Source: Octopus bimaculoides
Taxonomy: Eukaryota
Length of the DNA stretch: 64,000 bases
Assembly: GCF_001194135.2 (NCBI RefSeq)
Contig: NC_069004.1
Location: 31,264,756 to 31,328,755 of the forward strand
Direction of reading: 5' to 3'
Part shown: one piece after another, positions 25,601 through 37,646 of the stretch
How positions within the stretch are numbered: the first letter of the stretch is position 1
Layout: each line of letters starts with the position of its first letter
Notes under the pieces: generated by a model
Database searches by the model: none
What the model saw: the letters and a program-made list of their open reading frames with translations, nothing else
What the model was told of the DNA's origin: nothing
Made by a program: the position numbers and the translations under genes

Positions 25601-27409
25601 CCTTATCGCAATGATTTCAAATTTTGGCACAAGGCCAGCAAGTTCAGGGAGGGGGTAAGTCAATTACATTGACCCCAGCGTTCAACTGGTACCTGAAAGG
25701 ATGAAAGGCAAAGCCAACCTCAGCAGAACATGAAATCAGAATGTAAAGATGGGTGAAATGTTGCTAAGCATTTCGCCTGGCAATGTTAAAGATTCTGCCA
25801 GCTCATCACCTTGATAATATAAGATATAAGAAGCTGATCTTCATCTGTCTGTTTCTAACAACTATGTAGAGGGAGGGAAGAAGGGGAGGAATCAACAGTG
25901 GAGAGAACCAGTAAGAGAGAGAGAAAGTGAAAGACAGATAGATAGGTAGATAGTGTTGTCACCATAGGAACTAAAAGGTTTTGATTAAAAATGCAGGAAT
26001 TTTAAGAGCAAGTTTATCAACACAATGCAACACAAACTTCAAAAACATAACTATATATATATAGTTAGTTTTTTGGTTGTGTGTGTGTGTGTGTGTGTGC
26101 TTCTGTGTGTTTTTCAACACATAGACAACACAACACAGACTTTAAAAAAAGACTTTCACTATAATGACAGGTTGTTATTGTTGTTGTTAAGAGAGAAAGA
26201 GAGAGTGTGTGAAAGACAGAATCAAAATTTTAAGAAAAACGAAAAAAAAAAGGGGGTTGGCGTTGAGCATATCAATGTCATCATTGTAGTAGGGTTTTGT
26301 TGGAGAATCTATTTCCTCTTGACTGGGTCATTACCCGGCAGCATAGCGACAGGTGATGGCAAGTAATAATATTGGTTTCAAATTTTGGCACAAGGCCAGC
26401 AATTCTGGAGGAGGAAGAAGATCTATTACATCGACCCCCCAGTGCACAGCTGGTACTTATTCTATCAACCTCAAAAGAACAAAAGGCAAAGTTAATCCCG
26501 GCAACTTTGAACAAAAATGTATTGGGCAAAAATGCTACAAAAAGAAAGGCAAAATGCCACTAAGCGTTTTACCCAGAATGGTAACAATTCTACCAATAAT
26601 AATATTAATAATAATAATAATAATGGGGGAGGGGACGAGTCACCAGTAGAGGTAGGAGCTTTGGGACTGAACCCAAAACCATGTGGTTGGGAAGCAAGCT
26701 TCTTCCCACATTGCACAGACATGCTGGCCCCTTTGAAATACAGATACAACAGAAACAGGAAGTAAGAGTGAGAGAAAGTTGTGGTGGAAGAGTACAACAG
26801 GGTTTGCCACCATCCCTTGCCGGAGCCTCGTGGGTCTTTAGGTGTTTTCGCTCAATAAACACTCACAACACCCGGTCTGGGAATTGAAACTGCGATCCTA
26901 TGACCGCGAGTCCGCTGCCCTAATTACTGGGCCATTTCGCCTCCACATCAAATAATAATAACAATAATGATAACAACAATAATAATAACAACAGCAACAA
27001 TTTCTTTTTCAATTTTTCAAACATACTGTCTTCTAGTTTGAAATACAGGTTTGTTTTATAACTGTAATTTTTACAGTAGAGAAACACATCACACTACAAT
27101 GACGACAACAACAACAACACCACAAATTACATACAACAACAACAACTACAAAAACTGAATTATTTCTTCCCCTTAAATAATAATAATAATAATTTTGATT
27201 TGAATTTTCGTTTTGTCTGTGTTAGATTTGTTAGATAAATAGCTTTAGATCAAGATTTCAAGAATTGTCTGAACAAAGAAAAGAATGTTTGTTTGGGGGC
27301 AGAAAAGAAAAAAAACAAAAAAAAAGAAAACAGAAAACGAAAACAAACAAAAAACAACAAAAAAAGACAAAAGAAAAAAAGAATGGAATTTGATAAAACA
27401 GAATATTTT

Positions 27410-28648
27410 TTATACAGATGTGTGATAACCTTTGAAGTGGTGACCACATGCAGAACATTTACGTGCAGTAACAGCATTTTTTAACGTGCAGTTTTCACAC
27501 ACTCTTTCACCACTTTGTTTGTGATTCATTTGCTGGGTGGCCATATTGGAAATGGCATAGCGACTATTTTCACAAAGGTAACACACTGTCAAACTGCTGG
27601 GGTTTTTTACAGTGCATTTGCTACAGCTCCATTCATTTTCTGACGAAAGCGAGTCGTTGCTGCTGAAATTTAGTTTCGACTGATAGTCCATAGTCAAATC
27701 TGCAACGGGAGATTGCGGCGACGGTGTATTCCGTTCGAAAGCTTTGCTACATCCATTGTAGTCGTCGTAGGTTTTCCCCAGAGAGTGTTCCATTGGTTGT
27801 CTTGGTCTGCTGTTGCTGCTGTGTGACTGAATATTCAACGAAGGTGCATCATATGTAGAGCCATACGCTGAGTCCCGGTATGTCGGTTCTATTTTGTAAG
27901 GAGACGTGGCCAGACTGGAGTCCATGACGCAATTGTTTGTCGCCATATATGGTGGAGAACTGACATGTTTTTCATAGATGGGACTTGCACCAGAAAAGAC
28001 GTTCTGCGCTGAAGTATGGAGTAAATATTCATTATCACTACAGCCGTCTGTCTGTAAACATAGGGGTCGTTTGTTTTTGTGAATTTGGAACTGTTCCTGT
28101 CGGTGACATGAATAAAAATTGTTGATTGGTATTTTGGGAGAGTGTTGTACTGTGTAAGAATATTTATCAAAGTTCTCGTATTTGTTTGGTTTAGAGAAAG
28201 TTCTATCAATTGTATGAGAAGAATAAGGTGGAGGGGCTCGTTTTGAGACCAACGAAGGACTGTTGCTATCACTACCATGGTACGATTCTGGTAAACACCG
28301 AGAGTACTCACTGGACAGACTTGAATCAGTGCTTTTACTTAGTACTTCGTTAGACTCTGATCTCAGTTTTTCCGCTAATTGCTTGCTGCTTCCACCACTT
28401 TCCAGATGCTTAAGTAAAGCAGTTTCGTAGTCTGTTGATTGGGCCGATTCACAAGCTTTTGAGACGATCTTGTACTCACTGTAAGCAAGCAGGCACTGAA
28501 CGCTCATTTTTAAAAGGCATGTCAAGTCTGGTTTTGCATTTAATTGAAAAGACTCTCCATGGATGGTTTGATAACCAAATTTTTCAAGAATTTTATCAGC
28601 TCCTATAAGACATGGATCCAGCATAGTACGGTAGAATCCACAGTGGTG
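27410..28648 (-). CDS. SPATA2: SPATA2/tamozhennic-like protein, second coding exon (412 aa): rest of PUB-like domain, Ser-rich linker, two RanBP2/NZF zinc fingers
   Basis: Acceptor tttgtttctttgcag|CAC, phase 0, giving YPWKTEYWTIT-HHCGFYRTML. Fingers WSCSKCTVKNPSSLTVCYLC and CENCTLKNAVTARKCSACG. Longest N-free ORF in the track. Confidence 0.92.
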   Translation of the reverse strand, partial: HHCGFYRTMLDPCLIGADKILEKFGYQTIHGESFQLNAKPDLTCLLKMSVQCLLAYSEYKIVSKACESAQSTDYETALLKHLESGGSSKQLAEKLRSESNEVLSKSTDSSLSSEYSRCLPESYHGSDSNSPSLVSKRAPPPYSSHTIDRTFSKPNKYENFDKYSYTVQHSPKIPINNFYSCHRQEQFQIHKNKRPLCLQTDGCSDNEYLLHTSAQNVFSGASPIYEKHVSSPPYMATNNCVMDSSLATSPYKIEPTYRDSAYGSTYDAPSLNIQSHSSNSRPRQPMEHSLGKTYDDYNGCSKAFERNTPSPQSPVADLTMDYQSKLNFSSNDSLSSENEWSCSKCTVKNPSSLTVCYLCENSRYAISNMATQQMNHKQSGERVCENCTLKNAVTARKCSACGHHFKGYHTSV

Positions 28649-28930
28649 CTGCAAAGAAACAAAATATGAAATTAATACATTGGTTTCAAATTTTGGTAAA
28701 AGGCCAGAAATTTCAGTGGGAGAAGGTGAGTCAATTACATCGACCCCAGTAATCACTGGTACTTATTTTATTGAGCCCGAAAGGATAAAAAGCAAAGTGC
28801 CTCAGCAGAATTTCGACTCAGAGAATAATGACAAATGAAATGCTGTTAAGCATTTTGCTCAGTGCATTAACAATTCCAACAGCTCACTGCCTTAAAGCAA
28901 AAATGTTGGCACAAGACCAGCAATCATCAT

Positions 28931-29135
28931 TTAGCCCTTTTGATACCAACCCAGCTCTGGCTCTGAGTACAAATGTCTTGTTTTCATAAGTCTTTCACCA
29001 AACCTTAGTCGCAATTTATGTTTCTAACACTAGCTGAATGATAACTGAGTTATTTTACTAAATTCTTTGTTATATTTAAAGTAATTGAAAGAAACACAGA
29101 ACATCTCAACAGAAACACAGTTACAAAAGGGTTAA
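28931..29135. mobile_element. TTAA-flanked (piggyBac-type) MITE. Related fragments probably at about 12415-12735; other TTAA-ended repeat fragments at about 6090-6270 and 11590-11970.
   Basis: TTAG-CCCTTTTGATAC ... GTTACAAAAGGG-TTAA; TIRs match at 10 of 12 positions. Confidence 0.65.
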
Positions 29136-29239
29136 GGTCAGGTGTGACTTATTGACACAACATGCTTTCTTCTGCAGAAGACAGGTTTGACAGAAGACAG
29201 GTGTGACAGAAGACGGGTGTGGCAGAAGACAGGTGGCAT

Positions 29240-29790
29240 ATAAGCCACATTTGTGTGGAACTCTCAGTGGAAGCAGGAAAAGTGTACGAAAGTTTTCCAA
29301 ATTGAAGACGCCAGGTGACATTGAGAGATGAAAATGTAGAAACCTTTTTACATTACGTTGGCATAATAAGTGCAGTGTGATAATGATCACAACTTTCCAC
29401 AAAGGAGACATTAAACAGTTCTAAAGTAAATTACAAAACCCAGTAAATTGTGAAGAATTATTGATTAAGTGACCAACATGTGCCTAGTTGATAAAGCAGA
29501 TGTGCAGTTGGCGATGCTTGAGTGTGCTAGGAAAAGTGCAAAATGGTACAAAAATTTATTTTTTCACATTATGGATGTTGTCGTGCTGAATTCTTATATG
29601 TACCTTACGCAAACTGGTAACCACATGACATTCAAGGATTTGCATAGAGAAACAGTACACTAATTTGCCAAATATGGCAAACTCACAAATACAGTGCCAC
29701 GAAGGTCAGCAAGTGGCACCATTGACAGACTAATGGCAGTGCCCTTCATGGAAAGACACTATCCTGGTCATGTCAGTGGAGGAGGCTAAG
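29240..29790 (+). mobile_element. piggyBac (PGBD4-like) transposase remnant
   Basis: CGTL..SRK, LRWHNK.SV.MITTFH, TNMCLVDKADVQL..LECARKSAKWYKNLFFHIMDVVVLNSY, with stops and frameshifts. Confidence 0.88.
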
Positions 29791-31179
29791 TCAATTAAAA
29801 CAATCCCAGTACTCGGCAAAATTCAAAAGCTACATACACATGTATCAAGGCATATTCCATGAGAATCATAAATAAACACATGCCACATCATCATCAACAG
29901 TAAAAGCATGGTTGCCCTTGCATACAAGCTTGTAAGTTACGGGGACATAAACACACCAGCATCGGTTGTCAAGTGATGGTGGAGGGACAAACACAGACAC
30001 ACAAACACATACTCATACATACATATATATATACATATATATGACGAGCTTCTTTCAGTTTCCGTTTACAAATTAGCCTAATTTTTGACATTTTGGGTGT
30101 CATTAATCATAATAATGCTTTTATTGTAATTTTTAATTTTATTTCATAAAAATAAGTGAGAACTCTACATGTTTTCTTTCTCCATACATGTACAAGTACT
30201 TCTGCACTAAAGCAGCAGCAGTAGCAGCAGCAGCAACAAATGGGAAAAGCCCAGATAATAAAATGTAACATTGTTGTTATTGTAGTAGGGGTGGTAGCCA
30301 TAAATAATTGACTGTTGTATAATCAGTTTGCAAGTATTTAGGTCATGTAACTATTTAATTAATGGCCTAGCGTGTCTGTGCAGTGTGGGAAGAAGCTTGC
30401 TTCGCAACCTCATGGTTCTGGGTTCAGTCCCACTGAGTGGAACACTGGGCAAGTGTCTTCTATAGCCTTGGACTGACCAAGGCCTTGTGAGTGAATTTGG
30501 TAGACAGAAACTGAAAGAAGCCCATCATACATGCTGGCATGGGTTAGACGGTTTCACTGAGGACTGGTCAGCCAGAGGCTGCACCAGGCTCCAATCTGAT
30601 CTGACAAAGTTTCTACAGCTGGATGCCCTTCCTAATGCCAACCACTCTTCTTTCAGTTTCTGTCTACCAAATCCACTCACAGGGTTTTGGTTGGCTCAAG
30701 GCTATAGTAGAAAACACTTGCCCAAGGTGTCACGCTGTGGGACTGAACCCAGAACCATGTGGTTGGTAAGCAAGCTTCTTACCATAATTATTGTGGCTTT
30801 TTTTCAACAAATTTTATTCAACAAAAACAATAACATCTTTAAATGATTATTCCGGAGCATATTCGCCATCTACTTCAATTACTGCTTCCCATTTGCTTGG
30901 CAGACGGTCAGACCGTCATTTAAAGATATTTTTGTCAAATATTGTTATTGTTTTTGTTGAATAAAATTTGTCAGAAAAAAAAGCTGCAATAATTATACAC
31001 CAACCCAATATATATATATAACGATATGTAATTCTAAGATTCAAGGAAGTTAAGCTTTAGGCAATCCACAGTAGAGATAAAACACAACTTTCCAGAAGTT
31101 TATATAAATAAAGACAGGGAAAATTTGACATGCTTTGAATTCCATATTACACATCTTTTATTACAGGAAATATACTGTG

Positions 31180-31470
31180 AATAAATAGATGCGTTGTCAG
31201 TGAGACACCTGCAACATAAAACAACAAGATCAGATAACAAATGTCAAAATCTTAAAAGAACGTGATCTCTCTCAGCACCAAAAGCATGCTGCCGAGAATT
31301 CAATGCAGATGGGTAGGACATGTTGGAATGAAAGATGATAACATTCTAGAAATTTTTCTGTATGAAGAACATGTAGGGGGGATTCCACAGTAAAGGAAGA
31401 CAGATCCTTAAGTATAAAGAGAAGTTGAAACAATGACTAAAACCTGTACAGCTTGATTTGACATCTTGGG
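31180..31470 (+). mobile_element. RTE LINE C-terminal fragment
   Basis: Degenerate QCRWVGHV.MKDD (consensus LRWAGHV.RM.D) followed by an LRYKD-like segment. Confidence 0.65.
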
Positions 31471-31710
31471 GAAAGTGATTGACTTGATTGATTGGAGTTG
31501 CAGAAAATGTCTCATGAGGCATCAAAGTAATTTGAGTTGAAGAATTCTGCTGAGATCGACTTAGCCTTTCATCCATTTAGGGATCAATAAATTAAGTACC
31601 AGTCAAGTACTGGAGGCCAATGTGATCAACTTAAACACAACCGACAAATTTTAGGCCTTGTACCTGTAGTATAAGCGATGATGATGATGATGGTGATGGT
31701 GATGATGATG

Positions 31711-31748
<38 letters not shown>

Positions 31749-34048
31749 TAGGGTGGCGAGCTGGCAGAATTATTAGCACGTTGGGCAAAATGCTTAGCAG
31801 TATTTCAGCTGTCTATTTAGTTTGAGTTCAAATTCCAACAAGGCCAACTTTGCTTTTCGCCCTTTTGGCGCCAAAGACAAAAAGGTTACAGCATGATGGA
31901 ACAAACGTTACTTTGCTTGGAAACAGGTGAGGGTTGGCAACAAGAAGAGTGGTATATATACTTTTCTACTCAAGGCACAAGGCCCAAAGTTTTTGGGGAG
32001 GTGGTCAGTCGATTGGATCAACTCCAGTATGCAACTGATACCAAATTTATTGACCCCCAAAAGGATGAAAGGAAAAGTTGACCTCGGCAGAAATTGAACT
32101 CAGAACAAAGACAGACGAAATACCGCTAAGCATTTTGCCCGGCATGCTAACGTTTCTTCTGTCTTTATTGTCCACAAGGGGCTAAACATAGAAGGGACAA
32201 ACAAGGACAGACAAAGGGATTAAGTTGATGACATTGACCCCAGTGCGTAACTGGTACTTAATTTATCGACCCCAAAAAGATGAAAGGAAAAGATGACCTC
32301 GGTGGAAATTGAACTCAGAATGTAAAGACAGACGAAACACCGCTAAGCATTTTGCCCGGCATGCTAACGTTTCTGCCAGCTCGCTGCCCTAGAAAAGTGG
32401 TATATAGTCGTAGAAAATCTACTTCAATAAACTGCATCCAACCAGGAAGCAAGGAAAAGTGGACGTTGTAATGACGATGATGATGATGTATGACTGTGTC
32501 TCTATATGTATACACAAGTGTGTGTGTGTGTGTGTGTGTGGATGAGAGAGTGAAAATTTCCTGTCTGCACTTGTTCCTTCATTGATTGGCAAGAATAGAT
32601 TTGCTAATGGTGTTGCTTGCTTCCTGTGCATCATAAAAAGCACATGTGGGTTTCTAGACATGTCTTGATATGTTTCGTGATTGTTGTAATACAAAATGCT
32701 CGTTCATACAATATTGTTTGTTTCTAATTCACCATGTCAACATGCCTGGACTGTCTGTTGTTCCCTGTTGACTAGGAGATAAATATTTCACTTCAAAACA
32801 AGGAACCGTTGGTGACCGGAAACGTACCTGCCTGTACAAAACTCTGCCCACAATACTTTCATCTGATCCATTTAAGTATGGAAAAATGAACATTAAAACG
32901 ACGACAACAATGATTCATTAACTAGCTTTAGTTGTTGGACTGTAGCCATACTGCAGCACATAGTTTATTTAATCAACTGCAGAAATACGAACAGCAAATC
33001 ACATCTGGAAGGGATTTGAGTTAATGTCAAAAGGGGTAATAAAACACCATAAGGTATTTTGTATGAAATTGAGGGCTGTATGAGCCACAGTGACCAAACT
33101 TATGAGGTAATTTGAGTTATTCTTTTACTTGCTTCAGTCATTAGATTGTGGCCATGCTGGGGCACCACCTTGAAGAATTTCTTTGTTAAATGAATTGACT
33201 TCAGAACTCATTTTTTGTAAAGCCTGGTACATATTCTATCAATCTCTCTTAGCATACACATATATACATATCTGCAACCAAATAATTTTACTGAACACTT
33301 TGCAACTGAATCAGTGGAGGCAAAGATGCGTCTCATTTACTTGACAATTTATGCACCACATTGCAGAAATCACAATGTAAGAATATCTCAAAGCAAACTC
33401 TTACACTGTTGTACCATTGAATTACAAATAATGCTCTTCTTTTGTGCTCGGGTGACCCTACAGCTTCCGAGAGTACAATTGTATTCGTCATTGCTTAGAT
33501 AAAATGACTAAATTGTGGGTGCTAAGTCCCCATGAAGATGTCTTTCTAACTTCTAAGAAGATGAAATTTTAGAAATATTACTTCATTTATGTCTAATATC
33601 TGTGGTTAAAATTTCATCAACAGCAAAAGTATATGAATTTTTATGGTGGTTATGACCCTTATGCATAGAATATAATTTCCAAATTTCATAAAGATCTATT
33701 CAGTACTTTTGACCTAGTTTTGGGTCATAAAAAAATGACTAAAATTTGGGAGTTAAAGCCTCCATTAGGGGGTCTTAGAATCCTCATGAGAAGTGAAAAG
33801 TTTGAGAATACATCTTTATGTGTGTCAATTACCCAAGGTTGAAATTTCATCAACATTGAAAATTTATGAATTTTCATGGGGGTTCTGGCCCCATGAAAAT
33901 TATCACCATAATAACCAACAAGTTTTGATTAAAAATGAGGCAACTGCAAATCTACCAACACACCACAACACAAACTTTAAAAACAATATTTCTGTAGCGA
34001 TATATATACATATGTATACATATATAATATTAAGTTGTATACAATATA

Positions 34049-35244
34049 TATTACATTGTTTCACACGAAATGTCGTATTTGAAAGGTAACAATAAAATAT
34101 TTCAGAGAACTGACTGATTTAATGAAAATATGATCCATGTTTATGACATTTATGACATTTATGACATTGTTTATGACATTTACCCAACGTCTCTCTGTTA
34201 TATATTACATCTTTAAAAAAAAATTCATCTTTTGCCGTGATAAACTGTCTGAATGCTTCAATTACCTCTGCTCTATTTAAGAATGTTTTATTGCTTATGA
34301 AAAGCTCAAAATGCTTAAATAAGTGATGATCAGTAGGAGAGATATCAGGGGAATAGGGAGGATGTTGCAAAATCTCAGAATTCAGGCTCTGCAGCTTTTG
34401 GACCGTAGCTTGAGGAGTGTGAGGACGTGCATTGCCATGGATCAAAACTGGGCCATTTCTATTCACTAGTCTGGGTTGCTTCTTCAAATCCTCATGCATA
34501 CAATCAATTTCCTGGCAATACAATGTTGCTGTTACCATTTTTCCTTGTTGCAAAAATGAATAACGAATAACTCCCTTTGCAGTGACAACTAACTTTTTAG
34601 GGTGCAATGGTGGGTTTGGGTAGTGTTTAGGTGACTCTCCCGCATCTAATCACTGTCCTGTTCTACTGTTGTCAGAGAGTATCCATTTCTCATCACAAGT
34701 TGAGAAAGCAATAAGGAGCACGCTTCGAGGCGTCTGGTTTATTTGAATCTCGTTCAGTTGATGTGGAACAAACCAATCCGTTTTCTTGACTTTTCCAATT
34801 TTTTACAGGTGGTAAAAACAGTTGTGCAAGATGTTTGGAATTCTGCTGAAAGTTTTCGAACCTTTGTTCTCAGATTTTGTTCAACCAAAGCATTTAATCC
34901 ATCATGCTGAATAACTGATTTTTGGCCTACCCCTTGGTTTATTTTCAAGGCTATCATCTCCTGAACGAGAGCTTTAGAACCATCTCTGAACAGTTCTGAT
35001 GTCAACAAGACCATTACCTAAGGCCTGTTTGATATTCCATTGAGCTTCTGCGGGAGAGTGACCCAGTTTGTACTCATACGAGAAAATCACTCAACTTAGT
35101 TTGGTTGTTACCATTTTCATAAGGTCTGTGGGTACAAATTTTGTATACCAATATTGTTGGGAAAGAAATAGAGTCCAGATTAAACATACATGACTGACAT
35201 AGCAAGTAATTAAAAATGCGACATTTCTGTGAAACAACCTATTA
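34049..35244 (-). mobile_element. Near full-length decayed mariner transposon (about 1.2 kb) in the SPATA2 coding intron
   Basis: Transposase remnants YEYKLGHSPAEA..NI, TVQRWF, HPKK, IHGNARPH and HPPYSPDISPTDHHLF, with stops and frameshifts. Imperfect TIRs ttgtttcacacgaaatgtcg (about 34057) and cgacatttctgtgaaacaa (about 35219). Confidence 0.9.
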
Positions 35245-35288
35245 CATATAGTTATTCTTTTGGTTGTGTATTTCTCTGTGTGTATATT

Positions 35289-35540
35289 TCTATAGTCTTT
35301 CAACATATAGACACTGCAGCAAGGACTTTAAAGAAAAAACTTTCACTATAATGAAAAGTTGTTATTGTTGAGAGAGAGAGAGAGAGAGAGAGAGAGTATG
35401 AAGGAGACAATTAAAAATTGTTCCAAGAAAAGCAAAAAAACAGATTGTTGTGATCATTGTAGTAGGCTTCTTTCTGCTAAACGATCCATTTCATCTTGGC
35501 TGGGTCACTGCCCGGCAGCATAGTGACAGGTCACGACTAG
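35289..35540 (+). mobile_element. Helitron-like element; second diverged copy at 26102-26363
   Basis: Both copies share actttcactataatga, tcattgtagtagg and tgggtca.t.cccggcagcatag.gacaggt. This copy ends with hairpin GTGAC-ag-GTCAC then CTAG|T. Confidence 0.5.
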
Positions 35541-37066
35541 TTGTTATTAAAAGAAATAAACTAATTGTTGTTGCTTTGGTTATTGTAACAATGTAAGTGG
35601 AATAGGCAGCTTTGTGAAGGCAATGTTGACACTATACCCACTTTGCTCATCAAGTTGACTTAATTGGTTTTCCTTGCTGCCTCTAGAATAACTAAAATAA
35701 CGCAAAAGTGAATAATTTATTAGGAGAGGGGGGGGGGAGAGAGAGAGAGAGAGAGAGAGAGATAGTGTGTGTGTGTGTGTGTGTGTGTGTGNNNNNNNNN
35801 NNNNNNNNNNNNNNNNNNNNNNNNNNNNNNNNNNNNNNNNNNNNNNNNNNNNNNNNNNNNNNNNNNNNNNNNNNNNNNNNNNNNNNNNNNNNNNNNNNNN
35901 NNNNNNNNNNNNNNNNNNNNNNNNNNNNNNNNNNNNNNNNNNNNNNNNNNNNNNNNNNNNNNNNNNNNNNNNNNNNNNNNNNNNNNNNNNNNNNNNNNNN
36001 NNNNNNNNNNNNNNNNNNNNNNNNNNNNNNNNNNNNNNNNNNNNNNNNNNNNNNNNNNNNNNNNNNNNNNNNNNNNNNNNNNNNNNNGGGCAGACAGGGA
36101 GGTACATAGAGGGGCAGATAGAGAGCTACATAGACAGGCTGTTAGGCAGATGGTCAGACAGGTAGAAAGATAGATGGGATAGGTAGGCGGCGAGCTGGCA
36201 CAAACATTAGCACGCCGGGCGACATGCTTAGCGGTATTTTGTCTGTCGCTATGTTCTGAGTTCAAATTCCGCCGAGGTCGACTAAGTCAATTGCCTTCTT
36301 AAGGGTGCATGGCCTGATTGTTAGGGTGTTGCAATCATGATCAAGAGACCATGGGTTCGATTCCTGCACTGGGCAGTGCATTGTGTTCCTGAGCAAAACA
36401 CTTCATCCCGCTTTGCTCTCCGATCTCTTCAACATGTAATATATGTAATACACTGTGCACCTGTTCAGGTAACATCAATCTGATGGAGGGAGTAAACTAA
36501 TATACGGCACAAACATTTGAAGATAAACAGGTAGATAGGATATAACTGGCACTCCGTCAGTTATGACGACAAGGATTCCAGTTGATCTGATCAATGGAAC
36601 AGCTTGCTTATGAAATTAACATGCAAGTGGTCGAGTACTCCACAGACACAAGTACCCTTAATGTATACAGACAGGTAAGAAGATAAACAGGTAGATAGGA
36701 TATGACTGGTACTCCATTAGTTATACAAAGGTTCCAGTTGATCTGAGCAATGAAATAGCCAGCTCGTGAAATTAACATGCAAGTGGCTGAGTACTCCACA
36801 AACACACGTACCCTTAATGTAGTTTTCAGGGAGATTCAGCATGACGACGCAGAGTGTGACAAGGTTGGCCCCTGGAGAATTACAGGTAAAACTTATTTTT
36901 TCTAGCTGAGTGGACTGGAGCAACATGAAATAAAGTGTCTTGCTCAAGGACACAAGACATCGCTGAGAATTGAACTCATGACCTTACGATCATGAGCCAA
37001 ATACCCTAAGAACAAAGTCACATGCCTTCACAAGATAGGATATATTTACATGATAATGCTACTTAC

Positions 37067-37345
37067 TGTAATTGTCCAGTATTCTGTTTTCCAAGGGTAT
37101 CGATACAAAAGGGTCGCATAGAGTTCCAGGTAACTAACAGCTAACAACGCTTTCTCTACGTCAAAACTGCCAGATTTCACATTGGCGATGAGGATGTCCA
37201 TAATAATATTATCAAAATGTTTGCTGGGACGATCTTCAATTAGCAATGTTTGGGCAACATTGACCAGGTCCCGGTGTGAAGAGGCTGGTGAATCAGGATT
37301 CTTTAAATATTTCTTGTAGGTAGTGTGCAGTTGTTGGAGGGACAT
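37067..37345 (-). CDS. SPATA2: SPATA2/tamozhennic-like protein, first coding exon (93 aa, N-half of PUB-like domain). The exon extends as 5'UTR to an acceptor at 37435.
   Basis: ATG at 37345 with an in-frame TAA four codons upstream. Donor ACA|gtaagt at 37066; acceptor ctctcttttcag at 37436. LELYATLLYRYPWKTEYWTI resembles the SPATA2 LE..A.NL.L.PWRKEF..I motif. Confidence 0.9.
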
Positions 37346-37614
37346 AGCTGAGAGTTAGCACACATCCTCACTCAGACATTGGCTAAAACGAGATTTAGAG
37401 CAGAGGTTGTCCTTTCAAGCTGGTGCAGGCGAAACCTGAAAAGAGAGAAAAAGAGGAAGAGAGTCAAAATGGAGGATTGAGGGAGTAATTAAAATACACA
37501 CAAGACGACATAATAAAAGTAAAAAAGAGAGAGAAGGGGAAATAGTGTCAGTGTGCATGTGGGGGGTCTCTCACACACACACAGTATATATATAAAGAGA
37601 AAAAGTACACTTAT

Positions 37615-37646
<32 letters not shown>

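Noticed and set aside
27250-27484. Phe-rich and Lys-rich ORFs
   Set aside because: They come from the U-rich 3' UTR of SPATA2 (an A-rich run on the + strand).
28649-28756. N-terminal 36 aa (MITGVDVIDSP...) of track ORF 27410-28756
   Set aside because: Derived from a family-A SINE fragment and the intron's pyrimidine tract; the real exon starts at the cag acceptor at 28648 and joins the 37067 donor in phase.
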